NCBI GenBank assembly: GCA_030641525.1
Contig: DAOWHH010000016.1
Coordinates: forward strand, 1,073-65,072
Direction of reading: 5' to 3'
Length of the DNA stretch: 64,000 nucleotides
From: a bacterium
GTDB taxonomy: Bacteria > Patescibacteriota > Minisyncoccia > Phycocordibacterales > UBA12079
The stretch's first letter is position 1; every line of letters starts with the position of its first letter. The position numbers were made by a program, and so were the translations under genes. The notes beneath the pieces were generated by a model, which worked only from the letters and a program-made list of their open reading frames with translations, did no database searches and had not been told where the DNA came from. Of the stretch, positions 31,203 to 41,944 are shown in pieces.

Positions 31203-31917
31203 TATATTAATAACAAATCACTTAATTCTTTATCCATTATTAGGAGGTCTTTTACCAACAATTATTTGGCTTTGGTTTTGGTTAAAAGAAGATAAACTCA
31301 ACCCTGAACCTAAAAAATATATCTTTTATTCATTTATTATTGGAATGATAACAGCTCTTTTAGTTTTACCACTAGAAGGACTTATTATAAAATATTTTCC
31401 TTATACCGGTCTATTAACAATTATATTATTATCATCCTCCGAAGAATTATTTAAGTATTTTGGAGCATATTTCAGCGCTCTTAGAAAGAAATATATGGAT
31501 GAACCTATTGATGCTGTTGTGTATTTAATCACAGTAGCTCTTGGATTTGCTGCTTTAGAAAATTCACTTTTTGTAATAAGTACCATAAAATCCATTGATT
31601 TTAATCTTACTAAAACAATTTTAGTAAGCGATATGCGCTTTATGGGAGCTACTTTACTCCATATTCTATCTTCTGGAGTTATAGGTTTATTTATTGCTTT
31701 ATCTTTTTATAAAAGTAAAATCCTTAAAATTAGTTATTTATTTTTTGGACTTATCCTCTCTATAATATTGCACTCAACTTTTAACTTTTTTATAATTAAA
31801 GAAGGTGATGATGGTATATTTATTATTTTTATGATTACATGGATAGCAATAATTATTCTAATTCTTTCTCTAGAAAAAGTTAAACGCCTAGGTAGAAATA
31901 ATTTAAAACTAAATTAA
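31195..31917 (+). CDS. PrsW-family intramembrane metalloprotease
   Basis: EELFK, GFAALEN, LLH, LHSTFN in a multi-TM protein. Confidence 0.88.
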   Translation: MFNILITNHLILYPLLGGLLPTIIWLWFWLKEDKLNPEPKKYIFYSFIIGMITALLVLPLEGLIIKYFPYTGLLTIILLSSSEELFKYFGAYFSALRKKYMDEPIDAVVYLITVALGFAALENSLFVISTIKSIDFNLTKTILVSDMRFMGATLLHILSSGVIGLFIALSFYKSKILKISYLFFGLILSIILHSTFNFFIIKEGDDGIFIIFMITWIAIIILILSLEKVKRLGRNNLKLN

Positions 31918-31959
31918 TAAAATCTAATACTTTTATAAATAATTGATTAAAAAAAATAT

Positions 31960-32418
31960 ATGAAATCTTTTTTTGACAAATTAACCGGTACAAATAATTT
32001 AGACAAAGAAATAGATGAGTTAATAGATTTTGAAAATGATAATAATGGAAACAATAACTCATCTCTATCTTCTAAAGAAGAAGATAATTATAAAGAAGGA
32101 GAATTGGCTGTGGATATTTATGACGAAGGAGAAAATATAATTGTAAAAGCAATGATAGCAGGAGTTAAACCCGAAGATTTAGATGTGTCTATAACAAGAG
32201 ATATGATAACCATCCACGGTTCTCGTCATGAAGAAAAAGAAATGTCTAAAGATAATTATCATCAACAAGAATTATATTGGGGCTCTTTTTCTAGAACAAT
32301 AATGCTACCAGCTGAAGTTGATATAAGTGAATCAGAAGCACATGAAAAACACGGACTTTTAATCCTAACATTACCAAAGGTAGATAAAGAAAAGAGAACA
32401 AAATTAAAAATTAGATAA
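31960..32418 (+). CDS. Hsp20 small heat-shock protein
   Basis: AGVKPEDLDV, YWGSFSRTIMLP, HGLLILTLPK. Confidence 0.92.
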   Translation: MKSFFDKLTGTNNLDKEIDELIDFENDNNGNNNSSLSSKEEDNYKEGELAVDIYDEGENIIVKAMIAGVKPEDLDVSITRDMITIHGSRHEEKEMSKDNYHQQELYWGSFSRTIMLPAEVDISESEAHEKHGLLILTLPKVDKEKRTKLKIR

Positions 32419-32446
32419 ATAGAAATTTAAACAAAGAGTAAAATTG

Positions 32447-32475
32447 AAAAGGCGACCGCTTTGCGGTCGCCTTTT
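32447..32475. terminator. Bidirectional terminator-like hairpin
   Basis: aaaaggcgaccgc-ttt-gcggtcgcctttt between convergent genes. Confidence 0.75.
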
Positions 32476-32506
32476 TGTTTTAGACAAAACAAACTTTCTT
32501 TTGAAA

Positions 32507-33559
32507 TTAATATATGTATAACCTCTTATACCGTTTATGCTCTTCAAAATCTTCGGAATAATACATATTCCCCTGCCTATCAGATAGATAAAACAAATAA
32601 TTTGATTCAATAGGTGTCACAGCAGCCAAAAGCGAATATATACTAGGATTAGCAATTGGACCTATCGGTAAACCCTTATTAGCATAAGTATTATAAGGAG
32701 AATCCACTTTAAGATCCTCTAAAGATAATTGATAAGTATTTTTTCCGTTAATATATGGAAAAACAGCATCTACTTGAAGAGGCATATTAATATCTATTCT
32801 TTTCCATAGAATACCAGAAATTATTTGTTTTGATTTTAAGGTTCTTGCTTCTTTTTCCAAAAGAGAAGCCATTATTACAATCTCTTCTAATGTTTTTCCT
32901 GAGTCTTCAATCTGTTCAGCAATCTCTTCTATCCTGGTATCAAAATTATCTTTCATAGTTTTAATTACAGTTCTAGGAGTAACATTTGGTAAAAAATAAT
33001 ATGTATCAGGAAACAAAAAACCTTCTTCATCTTCAGCTAATCTAATAAATTTATCTTTATTGAATTTATCAAATTTATTACTTAAAACATCAGCAATATC
33101 ATAAATAGTATAGCCTTCTAAAATAGTCACTCTAGTAGGGCTTATACCCCACACACCCCGTATTGTTTTCCAAACTATTGAAATCACAGAATAGTCCTTA
33201 CCGAAAACATAATCCCCTGCCATCACTCCTTTTCCTCTTATAGACAATCTAGTCAAGAACATATACATAGAAGTTGATTTTATTACATTCTCTTCCTTAA
33301 GATGTTCAGCAATCTCACTTAAAGTCTTTCCCTCTTCTATACTTACAAAAGAACCTTTAGGAAAATCAGACGGGGCTTTAATAAGATAAAAATTTAATAA
33401 AGTAATAGTCGTTAAAATAACAATAATTGATATCAATCTTTTTCTTGTTAATTTTGGAGCACACCAATTTATACAAAAAGAAACACACCTATTTTTAATA
33501 TAGGGTTTATTAAAAAGACTTTTTAAGTTTCTTGGGTTATAATTTTTAAAATTAATCAT
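32507..33559 (-). CDS. mltG: Endolytic transglycosylase MltG
   Basis: EGFLFPDTY, ASLLEKE, MPLQVDA, SPYNTY...GLPIGPIANP. Confidence 0.93.
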   Translation of the reverse strand: MINFKNYNPRNLKSLFNKPYIKNRCVSFCINWCAPKLTRKRLISIIVILTTITLLNFYLIKAPSDFPKGSFVSIEEGKTLSEIAEHLKEENVIKSTSMYMFLTRLSIRGKGVMAGDYVFGKDYSVISIVWKTIRGVWGISPTRVTILEGYTIYDIADVLSNKFDKFNKDKFIRLAEDEEGFLFPDTYYFLPNVTPRTVIKTMKDNFDTRIEEIAEQIEDSGKTLEEIVIMASLLEKEARTLKSKQIISGILWKRIDINMPLQVDAVFPYINGKNTYQLSLEDLKVDSPYNTYANKGLPIGPIANPSIYSLLAAVTPIESNYLFYLSDRQGNMYYSEDFEEHKRYKRLYIY

Positions 33560-33731
33560 ACTATAGATTAGTTAAAAGTTCATAAAGTTCATAAAGCTGA
33601 AAGTCCGCCTCAGGAGGGTCAAAAGTTTTTTAAGAAAAATCGCTTTGCGATTTTTCTTACCTGCCTGCCGGTAGGCAGGCTTTATGAACTTTCAACTTTT
33701 TACTTTTAACTTGACTTAATTTTTACAAAAA

Positions 33732-34988
33732 TTAAGTCGGTAAATCAAAAGGTGCTTCTGCTTTCTTTGACATCAAACGAGAAAAAGTAGGTGTTTGCGA
33801 TACCCCTCCTGGAAAATGAAAAATTGTGGCTAATTCTTCTGTATTGAGAACAAAGGATCCACGATCACCTGAAAATGCTCTTCGTTTATACTCATTTACT
33901 ATTTTTCTTTGATTATTACGCTCTCTAATACCTCTAAAATCTTCCCATGGGTAATCAAAGCCAGTTGCCCATGCAGGACTAAAGCCATTCAAATCTAATG
34001 AATTATATTGCTTAAAAGCTCCTAATAATCCCATAATATTAATAGGATCAAATTTCCCATTTTCAGCAAAATAAATTCCACGAATATTACAATCAAAACT
34101 TAATTTTGAAATATTCCTTTCTATAGCTCCTATAATATTAGCCTCTCCTTTTGTCGGAATCCTCATACCTTTGCTGGGATCCTTTGGATCAAGATAAGTT
34201 TTTTTCATTAAATTTTTAATCTCTTCTTCTCCTTGTTCTTTCCAAGATTCTGTTTTAGTTAATTCTAATTTACTTAATCTTTCATTCCAAGCTAATTTTA
34301 CTCTTCTTTCTTTTTTATGAGCTTTCACAATAATCTGAAACCAAACTTGCTGACCTTGACCAATAGAACCTAAAAATTCAATGATAGGGGTAATAGGATC
34401 AACTTTTTCCTCTTCTTTCACCCCAGGTTTTTCCATACTATAATCAACATAAGTTTTTATAGGATAAAAATCCGCCTTACTTAATTTATATTCCAAACCC
34501 CATAAAGCCAATGATTTAGGATCAAATTTAATAAAATTAGTGTAATTAGGAACTTCAAATATTTCTATATCAGGATATTGAGCATAAATTTGAGATTCAA
34601 TTAAATTTTTCCATATACCTCTTGTCCATATAAAAAATTTAACTTGACCTTCAAAAGACACCATTTCCAAAGAAAAAGTTGGTCTGGATTTACCATTAAT
34701 ATATTTAGCTATCCAAGTACTTTCTCCTGATGTCACAAAAAGAGTATTCAAAAAAAGTTCCATCGCCTGAGGTGTCTTTCTTATCTCTGTCGGTAACCTT
34801 ATCTCAAGAAGTTTATAATTCTGCTTATTAGAAAATTTTGTCGTAATATAATCCATCCATTTGTTCCACAGAATAATCACTAAAAAAAACGGTAACCATA
34901 AAGGTAATAATAAATACAATATATTTATAGTTTCACCTACTAAACCTTCAAAAGTATTAGGTAAAATTGCTACAAAAGTTTCTAACAT
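33732..34988 (-). CDS. Conserved hypothetical membrane-anchored protein, resembling the N-terminal region of CPR T4SS/DUF87 ATPase-associated proteins
   Basis: LLEIRLP, FSLEMVS, IYAQYPDIEI, LNTEELATIFHFP; family resemblance from memory only. Confidence 0.5.
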   Translation of the reverse strand: MLETFVAILPNTFEGLVGETINILYLLLPLWLPFFLVIILWNKWMDYITTKFSNKQNYKLLEIRLPTEIRKTPQAMELFLNTLFVTSGESTWIAKYINGKSRPTFSLEMVSFEGQVKFFIWTRGIWKNLIESQIYAQYPDIEIFEVPNYTNFIKFDPKSLALWGLEYKLSKADFYPIKTYVDYSMEKPGVKEEEKVDPITPIIEFLGSIGQGQQVWFQIIVKAHKKERRVKLAWNERLSKLELTKTESWKEQGEEEIKNLMKKTYLDPKDPSKGMRIPTKGEANIIGAIERNISKLSFDCNIRGIYFAENGKFDPINIMGLLGAFKQYNSLDLNGFSPAWATGFDYPWEDFRGIRERNNQRKIVNEYKRRAFSGDRGSFVLNTEELATIFHFPGGVSQTPTFSRLMSKKAEAPFDLPT

Positions 34989-35106
34989 ATAATTTATATT
35001 TTACTATAAAAACAAAATTAAAAATAACTAAACTGTATATAGTAAAAACAAAAATCGGCTATACGATAGCCATAGGCTATCGTATAGCCGATTTTTGTTT
35101 TTTATA

Positions 35107-36138
35107 TTATTTAGAAATTAAAGAATATTTTCCATTAGAATTTTTCTTGAAAAAATCACTATTTTGAAGATTAACCAAAATTGTATTTTCTTTAACATAT
35201 CTTTCTCTCAAAACCTTTTCTATAATATCTTCTTTAGCTAAAGGACCATTTTTCTTTAAAATATCCCTAACAACATCTTTTACTATCCCTTTAGAATAAC
35301 CCCATTCTGATAGACCATAAAGACCTCGTCCTACCAAAACAAATCTTTCATCTTTTATCAACTCATTATGACAAGTAGCAGTATGTACTTTTTTACCAAA
35401 ATGTTTACTTATCATTTTAGCTACTTCTGTAAAATGCATAGGTGAACCATTCTGTCTAACAATTAAATAAGCATGACCTCTAACTCCTCTAATTTTTATA
35501 TTTTGAGACATTGCTAACCCCCATTCACCAAAAGGATTTTTTGCTATAACTTTAGATAAATCTAACCATCTATTTACATATTCTTGATTAAATTCCTTTA
35601 TATTTTTAGATTTTTTAATTTCTTTTTTAACTAGAGACATTAAATCATCTTCGTTCATAAGATCATCACCATTAAATTTTTTATGAACATTATTTAAAAC
35701 ATCAGTAACATTATTTGATAATGTTTTATCAAGAAACCATCTTGCTTCAAATTCAGGTATATTTTTCTCTTTTATAAAAGAATTACTTAATATTAAGAAA
35801 AAATATAAATTATTTTGCTCTGACTTATTTTCTGATAAATATTCAAGCAAAGAATCTTCTGCCACAATACCTCCAATAGATTCAATAATAGTCATTAATT
35901 CTTTAAAAACATATTCGGCATCATTAAAACTTCCAGAATTACAAATATTCTTTAATGATTGGTTTTCTATCTGTCTTACTCTTTCTCTTGTAATATTATA
36001 TTTTTGACCTATAGATTCAAGAGTGTATCTTTTAGGATTATTACCTAAACCATATCTCTGTGTAATAATATCACGAGACCTTTCTGGTAGCTCAGAAAGA
36101 AATTGTTTAACTATTTGTTTTGAATTAAAATTCAACAT
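35107..36138 (-). CDS. Sigma70 region-4 HTH plus C-terminal winged-helix (HARE-HTH-like) DNA-binding protein
   Basis: RYGL...TLESIGQKYNITRERVRQIE; HNELIKDERFVLVGRGLYGL. Confidence 0.8.
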   Translation of the reverse strand: MLNFNSKQIVKQFLSELPERSRDIITQRYGLGNNPKRYTLESIGQKYNITRERVRQIENQSLKNICNSGSFNDAEYVFKELMTIIESIGGIVAEDSLLEYLSENKSEQNNLYFFLILSNSFIKEKNIPEFEARWFLDKTLSNNVTDVLNNVHKKFNGDDLMNEDDLMSLVKKEIKKSKNIKEFNQEYVNRWLDLSKVIAKNPFGEWGLAMSQNIKIRGVRGHAYLIVRQNGSPMHFTEVAKMISKHFGKKVHTATCHNELIKDERFVLVGRGLYGLSEWGYSKGIVKDVVRDILKKNGPLAKEDIIEKVLRERYVKENTILVNLQNSDFFKKNSNGKYSLISK

Positions 36139-36258
36139 AATTCTTATATTTTTATCATTTTTTATAGAAAAAGTCAAGAGTTTATTTAAACATCTTAGAA
36201 TTCCAATAAAATTTAATATTATATTAATATCATAACTTATGATATAAGTCAAGAAATT

Positions 36259-38772
36259 TTAAATTACAATACTAAAGAGTTTATTTTCCACATAAATCGT
36301 CTTTTTAACCTTATTCTCTCCTATCCATTTTTGTATCTTTTCATCAGCTAAAACCACCTTTTCCAGATCTTTTTCGCTCGTTCCAGCCTTAATTTCCACT
36401 TCTGAGCGTATTTTTCCGTTTACTTGAATAGCAATCATATAAGTATCATCTTTAGCTAATTTAGCATCATATTTTGGCCATTCTTCCAAATGGATTGAAT
36501 TTGTATGTCCTAATTGATTCCAAATCTCTTCCGTAATATGAGGAGCAAAAGGAGCAAGAATTTTCAAAAATACTTCAAAAGATTCTTTAGAAATATTTTT
36601 CTTTTGTCCGACCGAAGGTTTAGGATTTTCTTCAATTACATTCACCAATTTCATCATTGAACTCACAGCAGTATTCAATTTAAATTCTTCTATATCTTCC
36701 TCAACTTTTTTAATAGTCTTATGTAATTCTCGGATAAGGTCTTCACCTGATTTAGAATCTTCTTTCCTAAAACATTTCCTATCGGAAATGTTCGGACGAA
36801 CCTCTTTGCTTTGCAAAGATGTTTTAGTCAGATTTTCAGAAATTTTCCAAATTTTTTCTAAAAATCTTCTAGCTCCTACCAAACCATTGGTACTCCAAGA
36901 TCCTGATTGACTAAAAGGTCCCATAAACATTTCATACACTCTCATTGAATCAGCCCCGAAAATTTCTACTATTTCATCTGGGTTAATTACATTCCCCCAC
37001 CTCTTACTCATCTTTCTTCCATCTTCAGCTAAAATCAAACCCACATGTTGTAATCTTTCAAATGGTTCATCATAATTTAACACTCCAATATCAAAAAGGA
37101 ATTTATGCCAAAATCGTGCATAAATTAAATGTCTAGTAGCATGTTCCGCTCCTCCTACATAAAAATCTACAGGTGACCAATATTTATCTTTATCTTTAGA
37201 TATTAATTCTTTATCATTTTTCGGATCAATATATCTTAAATAATACCAAGATGATCCGGCCCATTGAGGCATTGTATTTGTTTCTCTTTTTCCTTCTCCT
37301 CCACATTTTGGACAAGCCGTGTTTACCCATTCATCAATCCCAGCCAAAGGAGATTCCCCTGTCCCGGTTGGTTCATAATTTTTCACATCAGGTAATTCTA
37401 TCGGAAGTTCTTCTTCGGGAATAGGTACTGCTCCACATTTTTCACAGTGAATAATCGGAATTGGTTCTCCCCAATATCTTTGTCTAGAAAATACCCAATC
37501 TTGCAAACGATAATTTGTTGTTAATTTCCCTCCTACAAATTCTGTAATTTTTTGTTTAGCTTCTTCTGAAGATAGCCCATCAAATTGAGCTGAGTTTACT
37601 AATTCTCCATCTCCAGTATAAACTTTATTTTCCTCATCAGTCTGTGAAGATATAACCTGAGTGATAGGAAGATTATATTTTATTGCAAATTCGTTGTCTC
37701 GCTCGTCGTGAGCTGGCACAGCCATAATTGCTCCAGTTCCGTAACTACTTAAAACATAATCGGCAATGAAAATTGGAATTTCTTCATTATTTGCCCTAAA
37801 CCCTTCGGATCGGACGACAGCTGGATTGATAGCCGAAATTCCTTTAAGCTGAACTCCTGTTTTTTCTTTGGTTAAGTCTAACCTATCTATTTCTGATTTT
37901 TTCTGAGATTCTTTTTGATATTTTTCAACTTCCTCCCAATTTTTGATTTGATCTTTTAGTTCTTCAACCAATTTGTGTTCGGGAGACAAAACCATATAAG
38001 TTGCACCAAACAAAGTATCCGGTCTAGTTGTAAATACTTCTATTTCCTTTTCTAAATCTTTAATTTGGAATTTTATTCTAGCTCCTTCAGATTTTCCAAT
38101 CCAATTTCTCTGCATTTCTTTTATAGATTTATCCCAATTTGGTAATTTATCCAAATCCTGCAATAATCTTTCTGCGTAATCAGTAATTTTCAAAACCCAT
38201 TGTCGCATTGGTTTTTTTTCAATTTCACTATCGCATCTTTCACATCGCCCGTTTTCCAAATCTTCATTAGCCAAACCTGTTTTACAACTTGGACACCAAT
38301 TTATTGGTTCATAAGATTCATAAGCTAAACCTTTTTTAAACATTTGGATAAAAGCCCATTGAGTCCATTTATAAAATTTTGGATCAGTGGTATTTATTTC
38401 TCTATCCCAGTCATAAGAAAAACCTAATTTTCCTAATTGTTCTTTGAAAGTAGCTATATTTTTCTCAGTACTAGTTCGAGGATGTTCTTTATTTTTCAAA
38501 GCAAAATTTTCAGCTGGCAAGCCAAAAGCATCCCACCCCATCGGATGAAGCACATTAAAACCTTTCATTCTTTTGACTCGAGCAAAAATATCAGTTGCAA
38601 TATATCCCTTAGGATGTCCTACATGTAAACCAGCTCCAGATGGGTACGGAAACATATCTAGAATATAAAATTTTTCTTTATCAGAATCTTCAGAAGTTTT
38701 ATAAATCCCTTTTTCCTCCCAATCTTTAGCCCATTTTTTTTCTATTTTTTTATGATCGTATTTTTTCATCAA
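36259..38772 (-). CDS. leuS: Leucine--tRNA ligase with palindrome-derived in-frame insertions
   Basis: MFPYPSGAGLHVGH, SRQRYWG, KMSKR. Confidence 0.97.
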   Translation of the reverse strand: MMKKYDHKKIEKKWAKDWEEKGIYKTSEDSDKEKFYILDMFPYPSGAGLHVGHPKGYIATDIFARVKRMKGFNVLHPMGWDAFGLPAENFALKNKEHPRTSTEKNIATFKEQLGKLGFSYDWDREINTTDPKFYKWTQWAFIQMFKKGLAYESYEPINWCPSCKTGLANEDLENGRCERCDSEIEKKPMRQWVLKITDYAERLLQDLDKLPNWDKSIKEMQRNWIGKSEGARIKFQIKDLEKEIEVFTTRPDTLFGATYMVLSPEHKLVEELKDQIKNWEEVEKYQKESQKKSEIDRLDLTKEKTGVQLKGISAINPAVVRSEGFRANNEEIPIFIADYVLSSYGTGAIMAVPAHDERDNEFAIKYNLPITQVISSQTDEENKVYTGDGELVNSAQFDGLSSEEAKQKITEFVGGKLTTNYRLQDWVFSRQRYWGEPIPIIHCEKCGAVPIPEEELPIELPDVKNYEPTGTGESPLAGIDEWVNTACPKCGGEGKRETNTMPQWAGSSWYYLRYIDPKNDKELISKDKDKYWSPVDFYVGGAEHATRHLIYARFWHKFLFDIGVLNYDEPFERLQHVGLILAEDGRKMSKRWGNVINPDEIVEIFGADSMRVYEMFMGPFSQSGSWSTNGLVGARRFLEKIWKISENLTKTSLQSKEVRPNISDRKCFRKEDSKSGEDLIRELHKTIKKVEEDIEEFKLNTAVSSMMKLVNVIEENPKPSVGQKKNISKESFEVFLKILAPFAPHITEEIWNQLGHTNSIHLEEWPKYDAKLAKDDTYMIAIQVNGKIRSEVEIKAGTSEKDLEKVVLADEKIQKWIGENKVKKTIYVENKLFSIVI

Positions 38773-38774
38773 TA

Positions 38775-38999
38775 TTATTTTCTATAAATTTTATTTAAAT
38801 CTATATCCTTTCCAATATAACAAGGAATTCCATAATAATCACAAGATGATTTATGTTCTTCAATAAATTTTTTATCTAACACTTGCTTTTTAGTCATTAC
38901 CCCAATTTCATCTCCACAAAAAGAAATATCTTCGGAAGTAATTTCATCCTTTATCACAAAATGTTTTCCTTTATAATTACTTAATTTAAATTCTTCCAT
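38775..38999 (-). CDS. Hypothetical protein
   Basis: 74-aa ORF abutting the leuS start. Confidence 0.6.
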   Translation of the reverse strand: MEEFKLSNYKGKHFVIKDEITSEDISFCGDEIGVMTKKQVLDKKFIEEHKSSCDYYGIPCYIGKDIDLNKIYRK

Positions 39000-39138
39000 A
39001 TTTTTACATATTTTACTTAATTAATTCAAAATTAGATACAATTCGAGGAGACGAGGAAAAATATTCTGAGCCTTACCACTGGTAAGGTGAAGAATATTTT
39101 TCCGAAGACGACAAAGAAGTGTGCTAATTTTAATTTAA

Positions 39139-39687
39139 TTATTCAGTGAATTTTTTTATTGCTAAGTACATCAATACAGCTAAAGCAATCCCAAGAATTA
39201 TCAAATGCAACCAATCACTTGCGTATTGCCAATACCTAATAGAAGCAATTACAAAAGATAGAACTCCACCTAAGGATAGAGCGATAGAAACTACTTCTTT
39301 ACCAATAGTTAAGAAACCAGCCACAACAGAAACTACACCTAATATAATCAACATTATGAAAACATTTTTCTCATAATTTTCTCTTGCTTCATCATATTCG
39401 TTATTACAAACGAAATTTAAATTACAATAACCTTTTGTTCTTCCTTCAATTCCAATAGGTATCTCTATACCTCTATCATAAATAACACCTATATTTTCAT
39501 CCCATTGACCTCCTTTTTCTAAACATTGTTCTTGATTATCTATTCTTTCAATTACTTGTTCTTTTTGACAAAAATCTTCATAAACAGGTTTAGGATAAGC
39601 AACTTTAATTGCATACAAAAAGAATAAATTTAACACTATTACTATTCCCACAATAAGAGGCCATTTTAAAATTTGTTTTGTTTTCAT
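39139..39687 (-). CDS. Hypothetical membrane protein (4 TM, Cys-containing loop)
   Basis: Hydrophobic segments flanking a loop with 4 Cys. Confidence 0.75.
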   Translation of the reverse strand: MKTKQILKWPLIVGIVIVLNLFFLYAIKVAYPKPVYEDFCQKEQVIERIDNQEQCLEKGGQWDENIGVIYDRGIEIPIGIEGRTKGYCNLNFVCNNEYDEARENYEKNVFIMLIILGVVSVVAGFLTIGKEVVSIALSLGGVLSFVIASIRYWQYASDWLHLIILGIALAVLMYLAIKKFTE

Positions 39688-39973
39688 AATATTATTTTAA
39701 TTAGTATTAATTAATCTAATATTATCAAATACACCCTTTTATTACAATAAATATATTGATTAACCAATAATTAATTAATATTCGGAGGCTCAGCCTCCGG
39801 ATATAGAAAAACCCAATTTGTTGTTAAAAAAGCCTCGCAGACACAATGTGTTTTGCGGGGATTAATTTTGTCTAAAAAACTAAAACTTGGACCTCCAAGG
39901 TCCAAGTAATAATAAATAAAAAAATCAGCTATCCTATAGCTAGTAGCTATAGGATAGCTGATTTTTTTATTTA

Positions 39974-41068
39974 TTAAATTTTAAACTCAATCACATCTCC
40001 ATCTTTTACTATATATTCTTTTCCTTCCATACGAATAAACCCCTTTTCTCGTGCTTCAGATCTAGACCCTGATTTTAATAATTCTTCCCAATTAATTACA
40101 TCTGCTTTAATAAATTTCTCCATAAAATCTGTATGAATAGATGCCCCTGCTTCAGGAGTTGTAGAATCTCTTTTAGTTGTCCAAGCCCGAGATTCCTCCT
40201 CCCCTGTTGTGAAATAAGTAATCAAATTTAATAAATCATATCCCTTATGAATTAAATAATCTATATCATCACTAGAACCACCTAAGGATTGTTTATAATC
40301 CAATCGCTCATCTTCTGGTAAATCTTTTAATTCATGTTCAATTTGAGTATCTATCTTAACCCATTTAGAATTAGATTCCTCTAAAAACCTTTCAACCTTG
40401 ATCCATCTTTCATCATCTGTTTCGTCTAAATTTTCAGCTCCCATTTTTTTATTAAAAGCATACAAAATTGGCTTCATAGTTAATAAATGTAATCCTTTAA
40501 TTACTTCTAATTCTTTTTCTGATAAATCCAAAGAATTTGCAAATTTCCCTGCATCAAGAATTTTCTCAATTTTTTCTAAAACTTCTTTTTCTAAAACAGA
40601 ATCTTTATCTCCTCTTTTCACATCTTTAATTAAATTAGCAATTCTTTTAGAAACAGTCTGAAAATCAGCCATTATTAACTCAAGATTAATAACCTCAATA
40701 TCATTCATAGGGTCTACTTTTCCTTTTACATGAATCACATCATTATCCTCAAATATCCTAACTACCTGTAATATAGCATCTGTTTCTCTAATATTAGCTA
40801 AAAACTTATTACCCAAACCTTCACCAGAATGTGCCCCTTCCACCAACCCAGCAATATCCACAAATTCAATAGCAGTATAAATAGTTTTTTTAGAATTAGA
40901 AAATTTACTCAATTTATCCAAACGAGTATCACACACAGAAACAACCCCTACTGAGGGATCTATTGTACAAAAGGGATAATTCTCCGCAGAAACACTCTTC
41001 TCTGTTAGAGCATTAAAGAGAGTTGATTTCCCTACATTTGGTAATCCTACTATTCCAATTGAAAGCAT
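39974..41068 (-). CDS. ychF: Redox-regulated ATPase YchF
   Basis: [43 protein letters not shown]. Confidence 0.97.
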   Translation of the reverse strand: MLSIGIVGLPNVGKSTLFNALTEKSVSAENYPFCTIDPSVGVVSVCDTRLDKLSKFSNSKKTIYTAIEFVDIAGLVEGAHSGEGLGNKFLANIRETDAILQVVRIFEDNDVIHVKGKVDPMNDIEVINLELIMADFQTVSKRIANLIKDVKRGDKDSVLEKEVLEKIEKILDAGKFANSLDLSEKELEVIKGLHLLTMKPILYAFNKKMGAENLDETDDERWIKVERFLEESNSKWVKIDTQIEHELKDLPEDERLDYKQSLGGSSDDIDYLIHKGYDLLNLITYFTTGEEESRAWTTKRDSTTPEAGASIHTDFMEKFIKADVINWEELLKSGSRSEAREKGFIRMEGKEYIVKDGDVIEFKI

Positions 41069-41139
41069 TTTTTGATTAAATTTAAATAATAAAAATCTAT
41101 TATGACATATTTTAAAGGTAATTTCTAGAAATTTAAATT

Positions 41140-41640
41140 TTAATCTTTCAATCTCAAAGCTTTTTCAATTATCTTTTCACCTATTCCACCCCAATCAAAA
41201 TATTTTTTATAATCTTTTGGATTAATACAAAGAATTTTATCAATAGACCCATCTGGATCAGATTCAAATTCTCCTATTTTTTCAACAACAGTAAAGTATC
41301 TTAATTGGTAAAATGGCTTTTGAATTCCTCTTGTATCGATAACTTTTTGGTAACCGAGAGGCTTAAACTCAACAACTTTCATATTAGATTCTTCCTGTAC
41401 CTCTCTAATTAAAGTCTCTTCAGGATGTTCACCTTTTTCAACAGAACCGCCAACCAACCCCCAAGTATCTTTTTTACCATTATGAACTATAACCATCTTT
41501 TCATTATAAAAAGCTGTTGAATAGCATTGTCTTAAACTTTCTTTTGGTAAATGATCAAAAGAATCACATTCATAATATTCAAAAATATATTTAACTCCAA
41601 CATTACCGATGTATTCTTCTGAAATAATTAGTTTTTTCAT
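41140..41640 (-). CDS. NUDIX hydrolase
   Basis: GGSVEKGEHPEETLIREVQEESN Nudix box. Confidence 0.9.
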   Translation of the reverse strand: MKKLIISEEYIGNVGVKYIFEYYECDSFDHLPKESLRQCYSTAFYNEKMVIVHNGKKDTWGLVGGSVEKGEHPEETLIREVQEESNMKVVEFKPLGYQKVIDTRGIQKPFYQLRYFTVVEKIGEFESDPDGSIDKILCINPKDYKKYFDWGGIGEKIIEKALRLKD

Positions 41641-41944
41641 TTTTTATTTTTTAGCAATTCCCAAACAATTTCTTTGGGGCGGGTAGTTTTATGGTGAATT
41701 CAAGGGGAATTTTTATATTACTTATATTATGTCGTTTAGTGTTCCTACCGTGCCAATTGAAAGCATTTTTTGATTAAATTTAAAAACTTAAAGATTAATA
41801 AAAACCCATTATCACATATTTTTAAGTTAATTTCTAGAGATTTTGCAAATAAAATCCTTTACTTAATACTTTAACTATTGTATTATATTCACAGTTGTAT
41901 TAAAGGAAAAAAACATAAACCTCAAAAAAAGGAGAGTAATTACA

